Positions 41,232 to 61,019 of a stretch of DNA of 64,000 nt are shown piece by piece. A program made the position numbers and the translations under genes. The notes under the pieces were generated by a model. The model did no database searches, had not been told where the DNA came from, and saw only the letters and a list, made by a program, of their open reading frames with translations. The DNA comes from Macrostomum lignano (Eukaryota), in NCBI GenBank assembly GCA_002269645.1, contig NIVC01002077.1:1-64000 (forward strand), written 5' to 3'. How positions within the stretch are numbered: position 1 is the stretch's first letter; the number at the start of each line of letters is the position of its first letter.

Positions 41232-42665
41232 GTGCTTCAATGGCGCCCTTAATGACCCCCTGAGCTTCAATGGCGCCCCAATAACCGTCGGCGCTTCACT
41301 GGCGCCCCAATGACCCTCGGCGCTTAAATGTCGCCCCAATGACCCTCGGCACTTCAATGACGCCCCCAATGATCCTCGGCGGTTCAATGGCGCCCCAATG
41401 ACCCTCGGGGCTTCACTGGCGCTCTCTATGACCCTCGGCGGTTCAATGGCGCTCCTAATGACCCCCCGAGCTTCACCGGCGCCCCCAATGACCCCCGAGC
41501 TTCACTGGCGCCCTCAATGACCCCCGAGCTTCACTGGCGCCCCCAATGACCCCCGAGCTTCACTGGCGCCCCCAATGACATCCCGAGCTTCACTGGGCCA
41601 CCAATGACCCTCGGCGCTTCAATGGCGCCCCAATGACTCTCGGCACTTCAATGGCGCTCCCTATGACCCTCGGCGGTTCAATGGCGCCCCAATGACCCTC
41701 GGGGGCTTCACTGGCGCTCTCTATGACCCTCGGCGGTTCAATGGCGCTCTTAATGACCCCCCGAGCTTCACTGGCGCCCCCAATGACCCCCCGAGCTTCA
41801 CTGGCGCCCCCAATGACCCTCGGCGCTTCAATGGCGCCCCAATGACCCTCGGCGCTTCACTGGCGCCCCCAATGACCCTCGGCACTTCAATGGCGCCCCA
41901 ATGACTCTCGGCACTTCAATGGCGCTCCCTATGACCCTCGGCGGTTCAATGGCGCCCCAATGACCCTCGGGGGCTTCACTGGCGCCCCCAATGACCCTCG
42001 GCACTTCAATGACGCCCCCAATGATCCTCGGCGGTTCAATGGCGCCCCAATGACCCTCGGGGGCTTCACTGGCGCCCCCAATGACCCTCGGCACTTCAAT
42101 GACGCCCCCAATGATCCTCGGCGGTTCAATGGCGCTTCTAATGACCCCCCGAGCTTCACCGGCGCCCCCAATGACCCCCCGAGCTTCACTGGCGCCCCCA
42201 ATGACCCCCGAGCTTCACTGGCGCCCTCAATGACCCCGAGCTTCACTGGCGCCCCAATGACCCCCGAGCTTCACTGGCGCCCCCAATGACATCCCGAGCT
42301 TCACTGGGCCACCAATGACCCTCGGCGCTTCAATGGCGCCCCAATGACTCTCGGCGCTTCAATGGCGCCCCCAATGACCCTCGAAGCTTAGATGGCGCCC
42401 CCAATGACCCTCGGCGCTTCAATGACGCCCTCAATGACTCGATCGGCACTTCAATGGCGCCCCCAATGATCCTCGGAGCTTCAATGGCGCTCCCAATGAC
42501 CCCCCGAGCTTCAATGGCGCCCCCAATGACCCCCCGAGCTTCACTGGCGCCCCCAATGACCCCCCGAACTTCAATGGCGTCCCCAATGACCCCCGAGCTT
42601 CAATGGCGCCCCCAATGACCCCCGAGCTTCACTGGCGCCCCCAATGACCCTCGGAGTTTCACTGG
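41232..42665. repeat. GC-rich minisatellite (CCCCAATGACCCTCGG...TTCA[A/C]TGGCG)n
   Basis: About 1.4 kb starting about 46 nt after the ARMC7 stop; contains internal higher-order duplications; inverted relative to 33265-33960. Confidence 0.95.
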
Positions 42666-43946
42666 CGGCAGGAGATAATTGGACGATCAGAATAATCCTG
42701 CTTAATATTTACTCAACCAAAATTCGCGCACTCAACGTGTACTGCCTGTTTGCTTGCCTGCTGTCATGTCTTTCCGAGTCTTGCAAATACATCTGTCTTA
42801 GCATTTTTCTGTCTAAAGCTGGCGAAATGACAAATCATATTCTGCAGCAGATTTGCTTTTTTGATTTTTTTCTTTCGTATCAAATCGTTGCATGAAAATC
42901 TTATAAGAGATTTTTTATAAAATCTGGGATATTTATTGGCAGATGGCGTCTTTAGGCCGAGAAGATTTGGATTCTGTAAGTGGCAGACACTTTGCACCCG
43001 AGTCAGTGCTGGGGTCCTTGATTCTCTTCCATTTAGTATGAAATTCTCTAAATCTGTGCTCCTAATCTTAGGGTAGGATTTTGGTGTTTCAATATCTCAG
43101 AATAATATTTGATAATAGGATCCCAATCTCAGGGATGAGACTATAGGATGTCAAGCTCAAGGATGAGATTATGAGATCTCAAGCTCAGCGATGAGATTAT
43201 GGGATCTCAAGCTCAGGATGAGATTATGAGATCTCAAGCTCAGCGATGAGATTATGGGATCTCAGCCTCGGCGATGAGATTATGAGATTTCAAGCTCAGG
43301 GATGGGATTATGGGATCTGAATCTCAGGGATGAGATTATGGGATCTCAATCTCAGGTATGAGACTATAGGATCTCAATCTCAGGCATGAAATTCTGCACA
43401 TCTCAATCTCAGGTATGAGATTATAGGATCTCAACCTCAGCGATGAGATTATGGGATCTCAATCTCAGGATGAGATTTCAAGCTCAGGGATGATATTGTA
43501 GGATCTCAATCTCAGGGATGAGATTATGGGATCTCAAGCTCGGGCATGATATTATGGGATCTCAAACCCGGGCATGCTATTATTTCGAAAAATTCATGAA
43601 AACTTTTTACCTTCATTTTTGTCCTTCAAAGCCAGCCACTATCAACGATTACGTGCTGCCGAAATGTGCAGAATTCACTGGCTGGCAACAGTAATTTAGT
43701 TGTGCGAACTCTTAGTCTAATTGAAGAATGAATTTGCGCAGCAAGTGGCTTGCTTCCTTTGTCCACGATTTTCGTAATTAACCCGCCAAGATGGCGCTTG
43801 CTGTGCCGCAAGTTTTTTGGGGCCATTTATCACCTGCTGCGGTTGCTGCGCAAATTCTAGGGGGAAGCGCAAATTGCAGCAAACTTCTTTGGGCCATTTT
43901 CCCGCTATTTAGGGAGGCGGTGCTGCGGCTGCTGAGGTGACTATGG

Positions 43947-43994
43947 CTGTCTGTCTGTCTGTCTGTCTGTGTGTCTGTCTGTCTGTCTGTCTGT

Positions 43995-44031
<37 letters not shown>

Positions 44032-44092
44032 GTGTCTGTCTGTCTGTCTGTCTTTCTGTCTGTCTGTTCTGTCTGTCTGTCTGTCTGTCTGT

Positions 44093-44178
<86 letters not shown>

Positions 44179-44220
44179 TCTGTCTGTCTGTCTGTTCTGT
44201 CTGTCTGTCTGTCTGTCTGT

Positions 44221-44253
<33 letters not shown>

Positions 44254-44319
44254 TCTGTCTGTCTGTCTGTCTGTCTTTCTGTCTGTCTGTTCTGTCTGTC
44301 TGTCTGTCTGTCTGTCTGT

Positions 44320-44352
<33 letters not shown>

Positions 44353-44515
44353 TCTGTCTGTCTGTCTGTCTGTCTGTCTGTTCTGTCTGTCTGTCTGTCT
44401 GTCTGTTCTGTCTGTCTGTTCTGTCTGTCTGTCTGTCTGTTCTGTCTGTCTGTCTGTCTGTCTGTTCTGTCTGTCTGTCTGTCTGTTCTGTCTGTCTGTC
44501 TGTCTGTCTGTCTGT

Positions 44516-44589
<74 letters not shown>
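43947..44589. repeat. (TCTG)n microsatellite (mirror of 31117-32012)
   Basis: Directly visible. Confidence 0.97.
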
Positions 44590-45046
44590 TCATCTCTCTT
44601 TGAAGCCACACGGCCACCCAGCATTCTGCAGTCCCGTACACAGACAGTGGAATTGCAGCAACTCTTACTGTTGGAATTGGCCAATAAATTTGAGCTTTTT
44701 GGAAACTAAATAAAGCGTTTCCTCTTACTTAAACATGCGGGTGCTTCTCTTACAAAAAGGCCAGCTTTGTCAGCAGACCCGGCCTCCTCAATAAAGAACC
44801 TCCTGACCCTGAAGCCCGCGCACTCGTGCCGCACGGCCATCTCCCTCATCAGGCCCAGCCCTGCAAACTTTCTGTTCCTCCATCCCCTGTTGCTTATGCA
44901 GCAGCAGCAGAGGACCTTCAGCAGCAGAAGTCGCCCCACGAGATGGCTTATCCCTACGCTAGGCGGTATCCTGTGTCAGCCTGGGGGTTGCCGCTGAACT
45001 TCTTCTGGGACTCTGACAACTCCAGACCAACTGTTTCCATCTTTCA

Positions 45047-45141
<95 letters not shown>

Positions 45142-46379
45142 CAGCGATTGTCCAGGTAACAAAGTTTAGTAGAAATCGGCATCCTGTTTGGCCTTCGTTG
45201 CGGAGTTTCAACTAAATCTCGGCCGGCGGTTGTCCTGCACTTTCGAAATTTTATTTTTTTAATTAGAAAATGACCTAATGATTGGTTGCTATGGGGTCTG
45301 CCGAGGCGCTGTTGTCGAGCGGTAAAATAGCCGTGTGCCAATTAGAAGCAAAGGCAGGTCTAGTTTGAAAAGTTCTGGAGAAAATATTAATTTTTTCAAG
45401 GTGCAACTTATAGATTAGAGAAAGGTTAGAGACTGAGAGATTAGACAGACATTCAGAGAGATTATGGGCTGGGAGAGATTAGAGACTGAGAGATTAGATA
45501 TTGAGGGAGCTTGGCGGCTGAGAGAGATTAGACACTGAGAGATTAGCCACTGAGAGAGATTAGACACTGAGATATTAGACACTGAGAGAGGTTTGAGACA
45601 CAGATTAGAGACTGAGAGATTAGAGACAGGGAGATTAGAGACTGAGAGGTTAGAGACAGAGAGTTTAGAGACAGATTAGAGACTGAAAGAGAATAGAGAC
45701 TGAGAGACATCAGAGACTGAGAGACATCAGAGACTGAGAGATTGGAGACTGAGAGACATCAGAGACTAAGAGATAAGAAACTGGGAGAGATCAGAGACTG
45801 AGAGATTAGAAACTGACAGAGATTTGAGACTGAGACAATAGTCTAGTGGAATATATACTGAAATATCAGGAATTTTATGAGACACGATAGAGACATTGGA
45901 GTCGTGGAGTGACTACGATCGGAGTTCATTAGACTTTTGATTCGAAAAGCGCCACAGATGCTAGCGGGGACCGAATCTGCTGTTTCATACGTCAGACGTA
46001 CCGGTACTAATGGAGCCGGGAGGCATGTAAATGTACTGCGCGTTTTCATAAGCAGATTTTTCAGAATGCGTTCAATCTAATCAGGTTTTGCCACAGACAA
46101 CTGGAGAGAACATGAGAGATCTGTCAACTTTCTTTAATGCTTCATTTGTCTTCGCCAGTTGACAAAATTTATTAGCCGATAAATTCGGCCATTTTCAAAG
46201 TAACGTTTATGGCTGAAAGGCAAGTTAATGAATCAAAATAAAACCGGCTTCACCTTCTCATCGATCGTTGGCATTCTATCTATGGGTTCGATGTTCTGCT
46301 TGACTGGCTTCCTAGCACAGGTTCTGTGAGCATCAATTGTAGATGGGCCACTCCAGCCGCCTGGAGCTGCACCATCGAC

Positions 46380-47024
46380 CAGGGGTCGGCAAACTCCGGC
46401 CCGCGAAGCCATCGGTCCTTGGAACTGCACAATAGCAATCCGGCCCGCTTAAGGTTTGTGTCTCTTCTCTGCTCTCCTCTCTAATCACCTATTTTCTCTC
46501 CTCTCTCCTCTCCTCTCTCTTCTCCCCTCACCTCTCCTCTCCTCTCTCCTCTCCTCTCTCTTCTCCCCTCACCTCTCCTCTCCTCTCTCCTCTCCTCTCT
46601 CTTCTCCTTTCCTCTCTCCTCTCTCCTCTCCTCTCTCCTCTCCTCTCTCTTCTCCTCTCTCCTCTCCTCTCTCTTCTCCTCTCTCCTCTCCTCTCCTCTC
46701 CTTTCCTCTCCTTTCCTCTCCTCTCCTCTCATCTCATCTCCTCTCCTCTCCTCTCTTCTCCTCTCCTCTCTCCTCTCCTCTCTCCTCTCCTCTCCTTTCC
46801 TCTCCTCTCCTCTCCTTTCCTCTCCTCTCCTCTCCTCTCCTCTCCTCTCCTCTCTCTCCTCTTCTCTCCACTCTCCTCTTCTCTTCACCCTTCTCATTTT
46901 CCTCTAGCCTCTCCTTTCTTTTATCTCTCTTCTCTGTTCCCTTTCCTCTACCCCCCCCCTCTAGTCCGCAGTCATACTTTAGGTTCTCTGTCTGGCCCTT
47001 GGGGTAAAAGTTTCCTGACCCCTG
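46380..47024. mobile_element. Mirror copy of the non-autonomous hAT element
   Basis: Begins CAGGGGTCGGCAAAC at 46380 and ends GTTTCCTGACCCCTG at 47024; (CTCTC)n interior. Confidence 0.8.
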
Positions 47025-47526
47025 CCATAGACTGTAGCTTTTGCTGCTCTGAAGCGCTAGCAGCAGCTGGTGTCTGTGGCCCAATCCCAGGGCCTCGGAG
47101 ACGGCCGCTAAATACTTCGGCTGTCCGAAAAGTCGTGAGAATGTGTCAATTAGGCAAGAAAGAACCAGTTAATTAGCTGTTGGCATGGCGCACATATAAT
47201 TTCAATAATAGACTCGTATATGTCTATGGTAAAAATTATTGGGGGCAGGGGCGAGCTTAATATTAATTTCTCAGTATCCAACAGTCTCCGAGACCTCGCT
47301 GACTTTTTGGAAGTTGAAAAATCAACAGTGCAGGAAGTATTTGCACCTTAATCTGGGTTCCGCATGCCCTATCCGAGGAGAACAATACTGCATGCTCGCA
47401 TCAATTGTGCCAAGCAAATTTGCAGGCTTCTTTACAACGAGGGCATGGAAAACCGGATATCCGGAACCTGTGCTTCCCAGTGCTTAGAACTGAAACTGGG
47501 TGTTCAAATACAGCAATATGGATGTC

Positions 47527-53164
<5,638 letters not shown>

Positions 53165-56100
53165 GGCGCTGACATTGGGAATATTATTGCTGAGCTGGTG
53201 GGACTGTCCAATTTTTTCTGGGATTGGAATTCCCAGTTTTTTGGTCGGGGGAAATTTATCCACCAATTTTTAAACGTTTCGGTTGGTTGGACACTTGCCA
53301 TTGGGCATGGGGGGCTGGCTCTGTCCTCGCCAGTTTTAAAACCAATAGAAAAGTCTTGCCAAGTCCCACACGAATATTCCATGCCTATGTACTGTACTGG
53401 TACAATGCAATCATTTGTGCATCTATCTAGCCTTTATTGATTCCTTATCCAGTCTTCACCCAGTCTTCATCCAGTCTTCATCCGGTCTTTATCCAGTCTT
53501 TATCCAGTCTTCATCCAGTCTTCATCCAGTCTTCATCCGGTCTTTATCCAGTATTTATCCGGTCTTTATCCAGTCTTTATCCAGTCTTCATCCAGTCTTC
53601 ATACAGTCTTCATACAGTCTTCATCCAGTCTTCATCCGGTCTTTATCCAGTCTTCATCCGGTCTTTATCCAGTCTTTATCCAGTATTCATCCAGTCTTCA
53701 TCCGGTCTTTATCCAGTCTTTATCCAGTCTTCATACAGTCTTCATACAGTCTTCATCCAGTCTTCATCCAGTCTTTACCCAGTCTTCATCCAGTCTTTAT
53801 CCAATCTTTATCCACTCTTCATCCAGTCTTTATCAAGTCCTTATCCAGTTCTCATCCAGTCTCTGCCCAGTCTTTGTTCAAACAGATGCCGAAACGCTAA
53901 AAGTCGGTGCTGCACTCTTGACTCACTCGGCACTGAATTGACTGAATTGAGCTGGCAGAACAAAAACCCTGTTTTCTACTCCTGACGTGCGCAACGAAAC
54001 TGACAGCTCAAGCAAAATTTTCACGCTATGCCGTTCAGGTAATTCCTTCTCAACTAGACTGCCGATCAACCCGGAGGTTGCAAAATTTCCTGCCCTATAT
54101 ATTATAGGCTTCAAAGCGGGACAAAAAGCTGAAATTAAAAAGGCAATGCCAGGAAGGAGAGGCCGCCATATGTTGCCGCCTAATCTCGGCCAGTCACGTC
54201 ACATGGTCCGTCCCGCCTGTTCGTTCATTCGCCGACAAGTCGCTGATTATAATTGTTGCTCTCAAAGTTCAACTGACCGAAATGAACTATTTTAAAAAAA
54301 TTATTTATTACAACACTGAATCTGTGCGGCCATGGCGTACTTGGAATTCGTAGGCATATTCATCCAGCCTTCATCCATCCAGTCCTCATCCACTCTACAT
54401 CCAGCTTTCATCCGGTCTTTATCCAGTCTTCATCCATCCGGTCTTCATCCTGTCTTTATCCAGTCTTTATCCATTCTTCATCCATCCAGTCTTCATCCAC
54501 TCTACATCCAGCCTTCATCCAGTCTTTATCCAGTCTTCATCCATCCGGTCTTTATCCAGTTTTTATCCAGTCCATCCATCCAGTCTTCATCCAGTCTTTA
54601 TCCAGTCTTTATCCAGTCTTTATCCAGTCTTTATCCAGTCTTTATTCAGTCTTAATCTAGTCTTAATCTAGTCTTCATCTAGTCTTCATCTAGTCTTCAT
54701 CCAGCCTTCATTCAGTCTTTATCCAGTTTCATACGGTCATACAGTTATTCAGTCATAAAGTTTTCATACAGTTTTCATACAGAATACTTCGTACTTTATC
54801 AAGCTACTATCAGTAGACAAAAAACGAATAAAGCAACCTAAAAATTTGCATTGAAGGAAAATAATACTTTTGCGCTGCAGCTGCAGTACGAGAATTGAAT
54901 GCAGCCATTTGAATTTTGACAAATGACATTCATTTATAATACATAATACATTTACATGTACTTTATTGTACATGACTGCCACTACACTGCTCTACTGCTG
55001 CTTCACGAAGCGAGGAAGCGAAGGCTTCGTGGAATCGTGGATAAGGCTAGGTAAGGCTGTTTCGCGCCAGCCCTGGGGCCCTCGAAAGCTCTCTCCCCCC
55101 ACCCCAGTTCAGCACAATGCAAGAAGCGATTTGAGGGTCTGAACACACAAGAACCCCAGATGTACACCCTGAGTGAATAAAGGGGGGTAGCGCACTACCC
55201 AAAAAAGCTTTTTATTGCCCTCTCTTCTCTTCTCTTTCTCTCTCTTCTTTCTAGCGCCGGTCTTCTTTTAACTATTTCCGCCACTGAGCCAATCGTTGTG
55301 CCAACAGCTCCCGCCACACAAGTTGACACAACTGCTGTAGAACCCCCCGACCCGACTGCAAGCAGGAGATATTATACACCCAACAGTTCTTGGGCCTGTT
55401 ATCTTTCTCGAATTCAAATATACACACATCAGTTTTAAGTGAGTGCTCGCACTTATGCTGCTGATCTGATTCTGATTCTCTGTAATTTTACTGCATTTAA
55501 TAGAGACCAGGGAATACAATCCCGGGATCCCGGAATCACAATCGTCCGGGATTCGAAAATCCCGAGATCGACCATCAGGATCCCGATCCCACTTTGCAAT
55601 AATTCAATCATTCATTCTCGAGTAGTAGTATCTGCAGCTGAGCTACTTGTCAGGTGAAAATCATAACCCAGTTGTCCTGCTTTGATTTATTAAATCTTAT
55701 AAGCATGTAGGCTAGTGAGTAGTAGGCTATAGGACTGCATGGATACAAAACAGAAGCTGTTAGCAGATTGTAAGAAGATTTTAAGGTGTAATAATGCAGG
55801 ACTACTTTAAGCAGTCCCTACCTTCAAAACTTCTTGGCCGTAGTTGAGATTAGAACAGTGGGACCTTGCTATCAGACCACAACCCAAGCTACCAGTTCTC
55901 CATCTAGGGCGGGTGCCCCTGGGAGGGTGAGGTCTGATTCCCTTCTGCCCTGGTATCAGTGCATCGGGCCATAGCTCTGTAACCTATCACTCCACAGGTT
56001 ACATCACAATCAAGTGTGATTTTCTTGAGCTGATACTGGCATGTAAAAAAGCACATCTTACGCCAGCCCGTACATCGCACTCCAATTCAGAGCTCACTGT

Positions 56101-56618
56101 CAGCTTCTTGTTTGCAAAATCTCTTACTCTGTTCTACTACTTTATTATTGAAGCCCTTTAAAATCAGATTAGATGGCTTCGTAAAGCAAAAATTGCACCA
56201 ACCAAGATAAGAAACCTTTTCAATCCTGGGATCCCAATTTGAACTTAAAATTCGGGTCAACTCGAAAATTGGTGTAAAATCCCGTAGCGGCCTCTATCAA
56301 TTCAAAATTGGGCTTATCAGATACAAATCTTTGGCTTTGACTAGGCCGGTACTGCAGTCTGCTTGCTAAATGTGCATACGGCTTCTTTTCTTGATTCGAG
56401 AGCTCTGCGCGATCTTAGCACAAACTGCTAATATAACAATCTTCACGCTGCCTGCTTTGGTCCTGCGCCAACATTTACGCTGCATATCAAACTGCTGACA
56501 GTTCAGGCCCCACAACTTTGCTGCCTGCGCATTTACTGTAGAAACTCAGTGTAGACTTGGAAATTTGCGGGCCTCCTCTGAACCTCATCCAGCCTAAGCT
56601 CCTCCCGCCCCGCCGCAG

Positions 56619-58802
56619 ATGCACACTCCTCTCCGCCGCTGGTCGAGCGTCTCGTCCGATGACGTCCGCACACTTCGCGACGAAGTGGAGCGTCGCTCCC
56701 GCGAGATGCAGTCCGCCGACGCCTGCGAGATCGCTTTCGAATCGCTGAAAGAGCCGAACAAGAATCGGGTTTCGATCACGCGGATTTTTCGCAGCATCGA
56801 GGGCGCCGGCATCCTGCTGGACGATCCGCGCCTCCTCGAGTGCATCCAGAACATCCGCAACCTGCAGAAGCGCAACGTGCAATCGGAGGAGGACGCCAAG
56901 AACTGCTTCTTTCTGGACAAGCAGACCTTCACGGAGGTGGTTCGCGACAATGCCGTAATGCTCCTGACCATCCTGCACAACAACTTCGTGGTGCCGCAGT
57001 TTCACGAGTTCTCGCACCAGATTCGGACCATCTTCGAGAAGTGCCGAGCCTACCGCCACGGCGCCCCGGCGAGCTACATCCCGCAGCTCGCCCGTTTCGA
57101 CCCGGAGTACTGGGCCGTGTCCATCTGCACTATCGACGGGCAGCGGTACAACCACGGCGACTACAAGATCCCATTCTGTCTGCAGTCCACCTGCAAGCCG
57201 CTCAACTATGCCCTGGCCCTCACGGAGCTCGGCTGCGACGAGGTGCACGAGAGAGTCGGCTACGAACCGTCCGGCATCAGCTTCAACTCCATCGCGCTCA
57301 ACGACAAGCTGACTCCGCACAATCCGATGATTAATGCTGGCGCCATTGTCACGTGCAGCCTCCTCCAGCGGAGCAGGAAGCTCGCCGACCGCTTCGACAT
57401 GGTGACGCACGAGTACAAGCGAATGGCGGGCGGTAAGTATTTTCTGCTCAATAAGGAAAATCCCAAATTGGGTCATTCGTGACTCTTGGAATTCTCGTTA
57501 ACACTGTCAATCCAACTTTCACTTTTCCAGGCGAGTTCCTGGGCTTCAACAACCCCACCTTCTTGTCGGAGCGCGACACGGCAGATCGGAACTTCGCCCT
57601 GGCTTACTACATGAACGAGAACAAGTGCTTCCCGCCTGGCACTGATCTGAAGGAGACGCTGGACTTCTACTTTCAGCTGTGCTCCGTGGAGGTCACCTGT
57701 AGCTCCGCCTCAGTCATTGCCGGCACCCTGGCCAACGGTGGCATCTGCCCGATGACTGGCGAGCGAGTGCTCACCGCCGAAGCCGTGCGGGACACGCTGT
57801 CCCTAATGTACAGCTGTGGAATGTACGACTACAGCGGCCAGTTCGCTTTTAAGTGCGGCCTGCCAGCAAAGTCTGGCGTGTCGGGCGTCATCCTGCTGGT
57901 CATCCCCAACCTGATGGGCATCGCTCTGTGGTCGCCGCCGCTTGACGAGCAGGGCAACTCCTATCGGGGCATTAAGTTCTGCGAGGAGCTCGTGTCAAAG
58001 TTTAACTTCCATAACTACGACTCGCTGATAAACTCGGAGGACAAGATGGACCCAAGACGAACTGTGAGGAGCAACGAGAGCCAGAAGAACGACGTGGTTG
58101 TGTCCATCCTGTTCTGTGCTTTCAACGACGACATCGCGGCGCTGAGGTAATTTAACAGCACCCTCCTCCATATTGATGTGATGCCTGAACTCACAAGTTA
58201 AGCCACGATATTTACGCGTACTTAGACCAAACTTCTAACCAATATTCTCACTTCGATTCACTAAAACCCCATGGGAAAGTAAAACGACAAACAACCCAAA
58301 CTATTGCAACTGACGTCACCAACACGAGACCACCGAGATACGAGCCGTATTTATATCCCATCAAAGACCTACAGACTGACAGCCTACAATCGCTACACAT
58401 TCTAATGTATCTCCGCCCTCCTTTACCAGACGGGCATTCCTCTGCGGCACGGACATGAACATCGCCGATTACGACGGCCGAACGGCCATCCATGTGGCCT
58501 CAGCCGAAGGACACCTGGAGACCGTGACATTCCTGATAGAAGTCTGCGAAGTGAACGTCAACCCGAAGGACCGCTGGGGCTTCACTCCTCTGGCCGAGGC
58601 GGAGCGGTTCGGCCACAGCGCCGTGGCGCAGTTTCTCCGCAAATCCGGTGGCTGCATCAGCGCACAGCCGAAGGACCTGCCGCAGACTGACCTGCGCGGC
58701 AAGAAGATGACAATCCGGGAGCACAAGCTCGAGGCTCAGCAGCCGTCCTCGGCAGGGGAATCTTCCGCAGCTGCTGGAGACGCGGCGAAGAGCAACGGCT
58801 AG
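56619..58802 (+). CDS. GLS: Glutaminase copy 2; exons 56619-57432, 57531-58146, 58430-58802, 600 aa
   Basis: Same exon lengths and motifs as copy 1. Intact; one amino-acid difference noticed (TDLNETL versus TDLKETL), and other SNPs seen were synonymous. Confidence 0.97.
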
Positions 58803-61019
58803 CCGGAGACTCAGTGCCGCCCGACTTTTGGCAGGCAAAGTTGAAGACAGGCCACCTTCCTGACTAATGGAACCTGCTTAGCTAGCCTAACCCTTCTGCT
58901 TAGATAGACACTGACTGCATCAATTTAAAATTAAGGATAACTATTAGTTACTAACCAACATCATTTATTGCATCCTCACCAAGTATGAATCAAATCGCTC
59001 AATATATCTCGTACATCAAGACCCGCAACAACTCACTGAAACTTCATCAAGCCCCTCACCGATTCATTGAGACTTCATCACATTCTGCACCAATTCACAG
59101 AGACTTCATTATTACATCCTGTATCAATTCACCGAGACTTTATCACGCCCCGCACTAATGCACTGAAACTTCATCACATCCTGCAACACCTCACCGAAAC
59201 TTCCTCAAGCCCCTCACCGATTCACTGAGACTTTATCACATCCTGCACCGAATCACGGAAGCTTTATTGATCCTAACATATTTTCATTTTTTTGTTAATT
59301 CTTTGTCCAAAACTGTACGGAGATCAAGTATATTATAAAATTTTATTGATGGGACGAGTTGCTTCTTGCCAAACGATTGGAACGAAATAAAAAAAAAACT
59401 GTTGTTTTTTGTGCTAGATACATTTTTTTCTTATTTTCAAAAGAATTTTTTCTCTTCGTTGGTAGGAACGAATTTGTTTTAAAAATTTAAACTTGCCTGG
59501 TTATGATGGACAGCTGAAGTATCAGAACCACAGAGATAATATAGAATCTGTGGTTAGCTCCAGAGAACGCGCAGCACTGAATGGGGTTTTACCATAGACA
59601 AATTCGATCGGGAAAAATCCGATTTCTCCAGAGCGATACGATAAGTAAGCGGTCCTGCAGCTTCAAGTGTCCATGGGCTTTAGTACAACAGTACAACAGT
59701 CTGTTCTCAATCCAATTCATTGTTGTTTGTAGTTCTCCCTATTCTATACTACTAACACTAGTATAAAATATAGTATAAATAGTATAAATACAAAAGGAGT
59801 TTCTACTATTATTGCTAAAATCGACTTTTCTAATTTTTTTCTCAATTCTTCGCACTTACTGATTTCTGGTCCATGCAATGGTAAGATCGACTTGGACTTA
59901 CGAGTGCAATTTTTTCTCAAAACAGCCTCTCATTCTGCATATGTTCCTACATGTACTTGTATCTATAATTCAGCATACACTATACTTGGCTGCTGCTATA
60001 ATTGCTTGCAATTTTCTACTTTCCAGAAGAACTAATTGTGAGGCACTGTTGTGGAAGCAGCAGCTCAGCGCCCTCAGCGGTCAACGCGTCTGAGTCTTGC
60101 GCCGTGGAACGGGCAGAACTGCCGTAGCGTTGGTTCTGGGAGGCGATGTCGCCATGCAAAGGCACAGCGTCAAGGTGCCTGCCGCAGCATCCCACATTTG
60201 TTATCATCAGGCACTGTTGCAAACAGTCATCATGAAAATTGAAACTCTCTCATCATGAAGTTGAAAGTGCCATCGTAGATCTGGCATAAAAGTGCAAATG
60301 CTCAAGAGCTCGATTTTCAGCTGCCGCTCAGTAGCCTCTTCTCCACAGGCGAGTTGTAGAGGAAATTTGAGAAGCATACAGTCCCCAGGCAACTGCATGA
60401 GATCAGGAGATTACGAGCGGAAATGTTTCCCATGATGCTGTTGCTGCGTTCCGCTCGGCTGCATTATCTGACTCGATCTTCGGCTTGCGCTCACAAAGTT
60501 TGCCCGGTGCGAATCTCGAGAGCAAATAGAAGTGTCGCCCCCTACTCAAGCCGCTTGAGTTGAACGCCTCGATTCCATTATTGCTGTCCTGAGATCGCCC
60601 TATCAGAAATTTCACTCCTCGTTAACTTTCCTCTCGACTCATTGAGTTTGAGCCCTGTTGCACAGGCTGTTGCATAGGCCAAAAGGGGGGCTTGCGTGCA
60701 TTTTCCCTAAATTTTGTATCTTCTGATTCCCTCAAGGTTTGGAAGCTGGTTTTTCCCATTGATGATGTATTGATCTTTTCTCTTCAATACAGAAGTAACA
60801 TATAACAAATAAATAGTTGTTTTAAAAGACAATGCCTTTCTATAGTGGTCTTTATCCCGGATTAATACCCTAATCTCATTGATTCATACTTTAGAGTTGA
60901 TTCGGTCAACTGCCGACATGTATAGTAAGATTAGTAGCAATTTCCTTTACGTAACAAGATTGCAGAGCAGTGGAGGTGGTGAGAGAGCGTGCCGTAGAGA
61001 CATGCTGGTTTGGGAGCAC

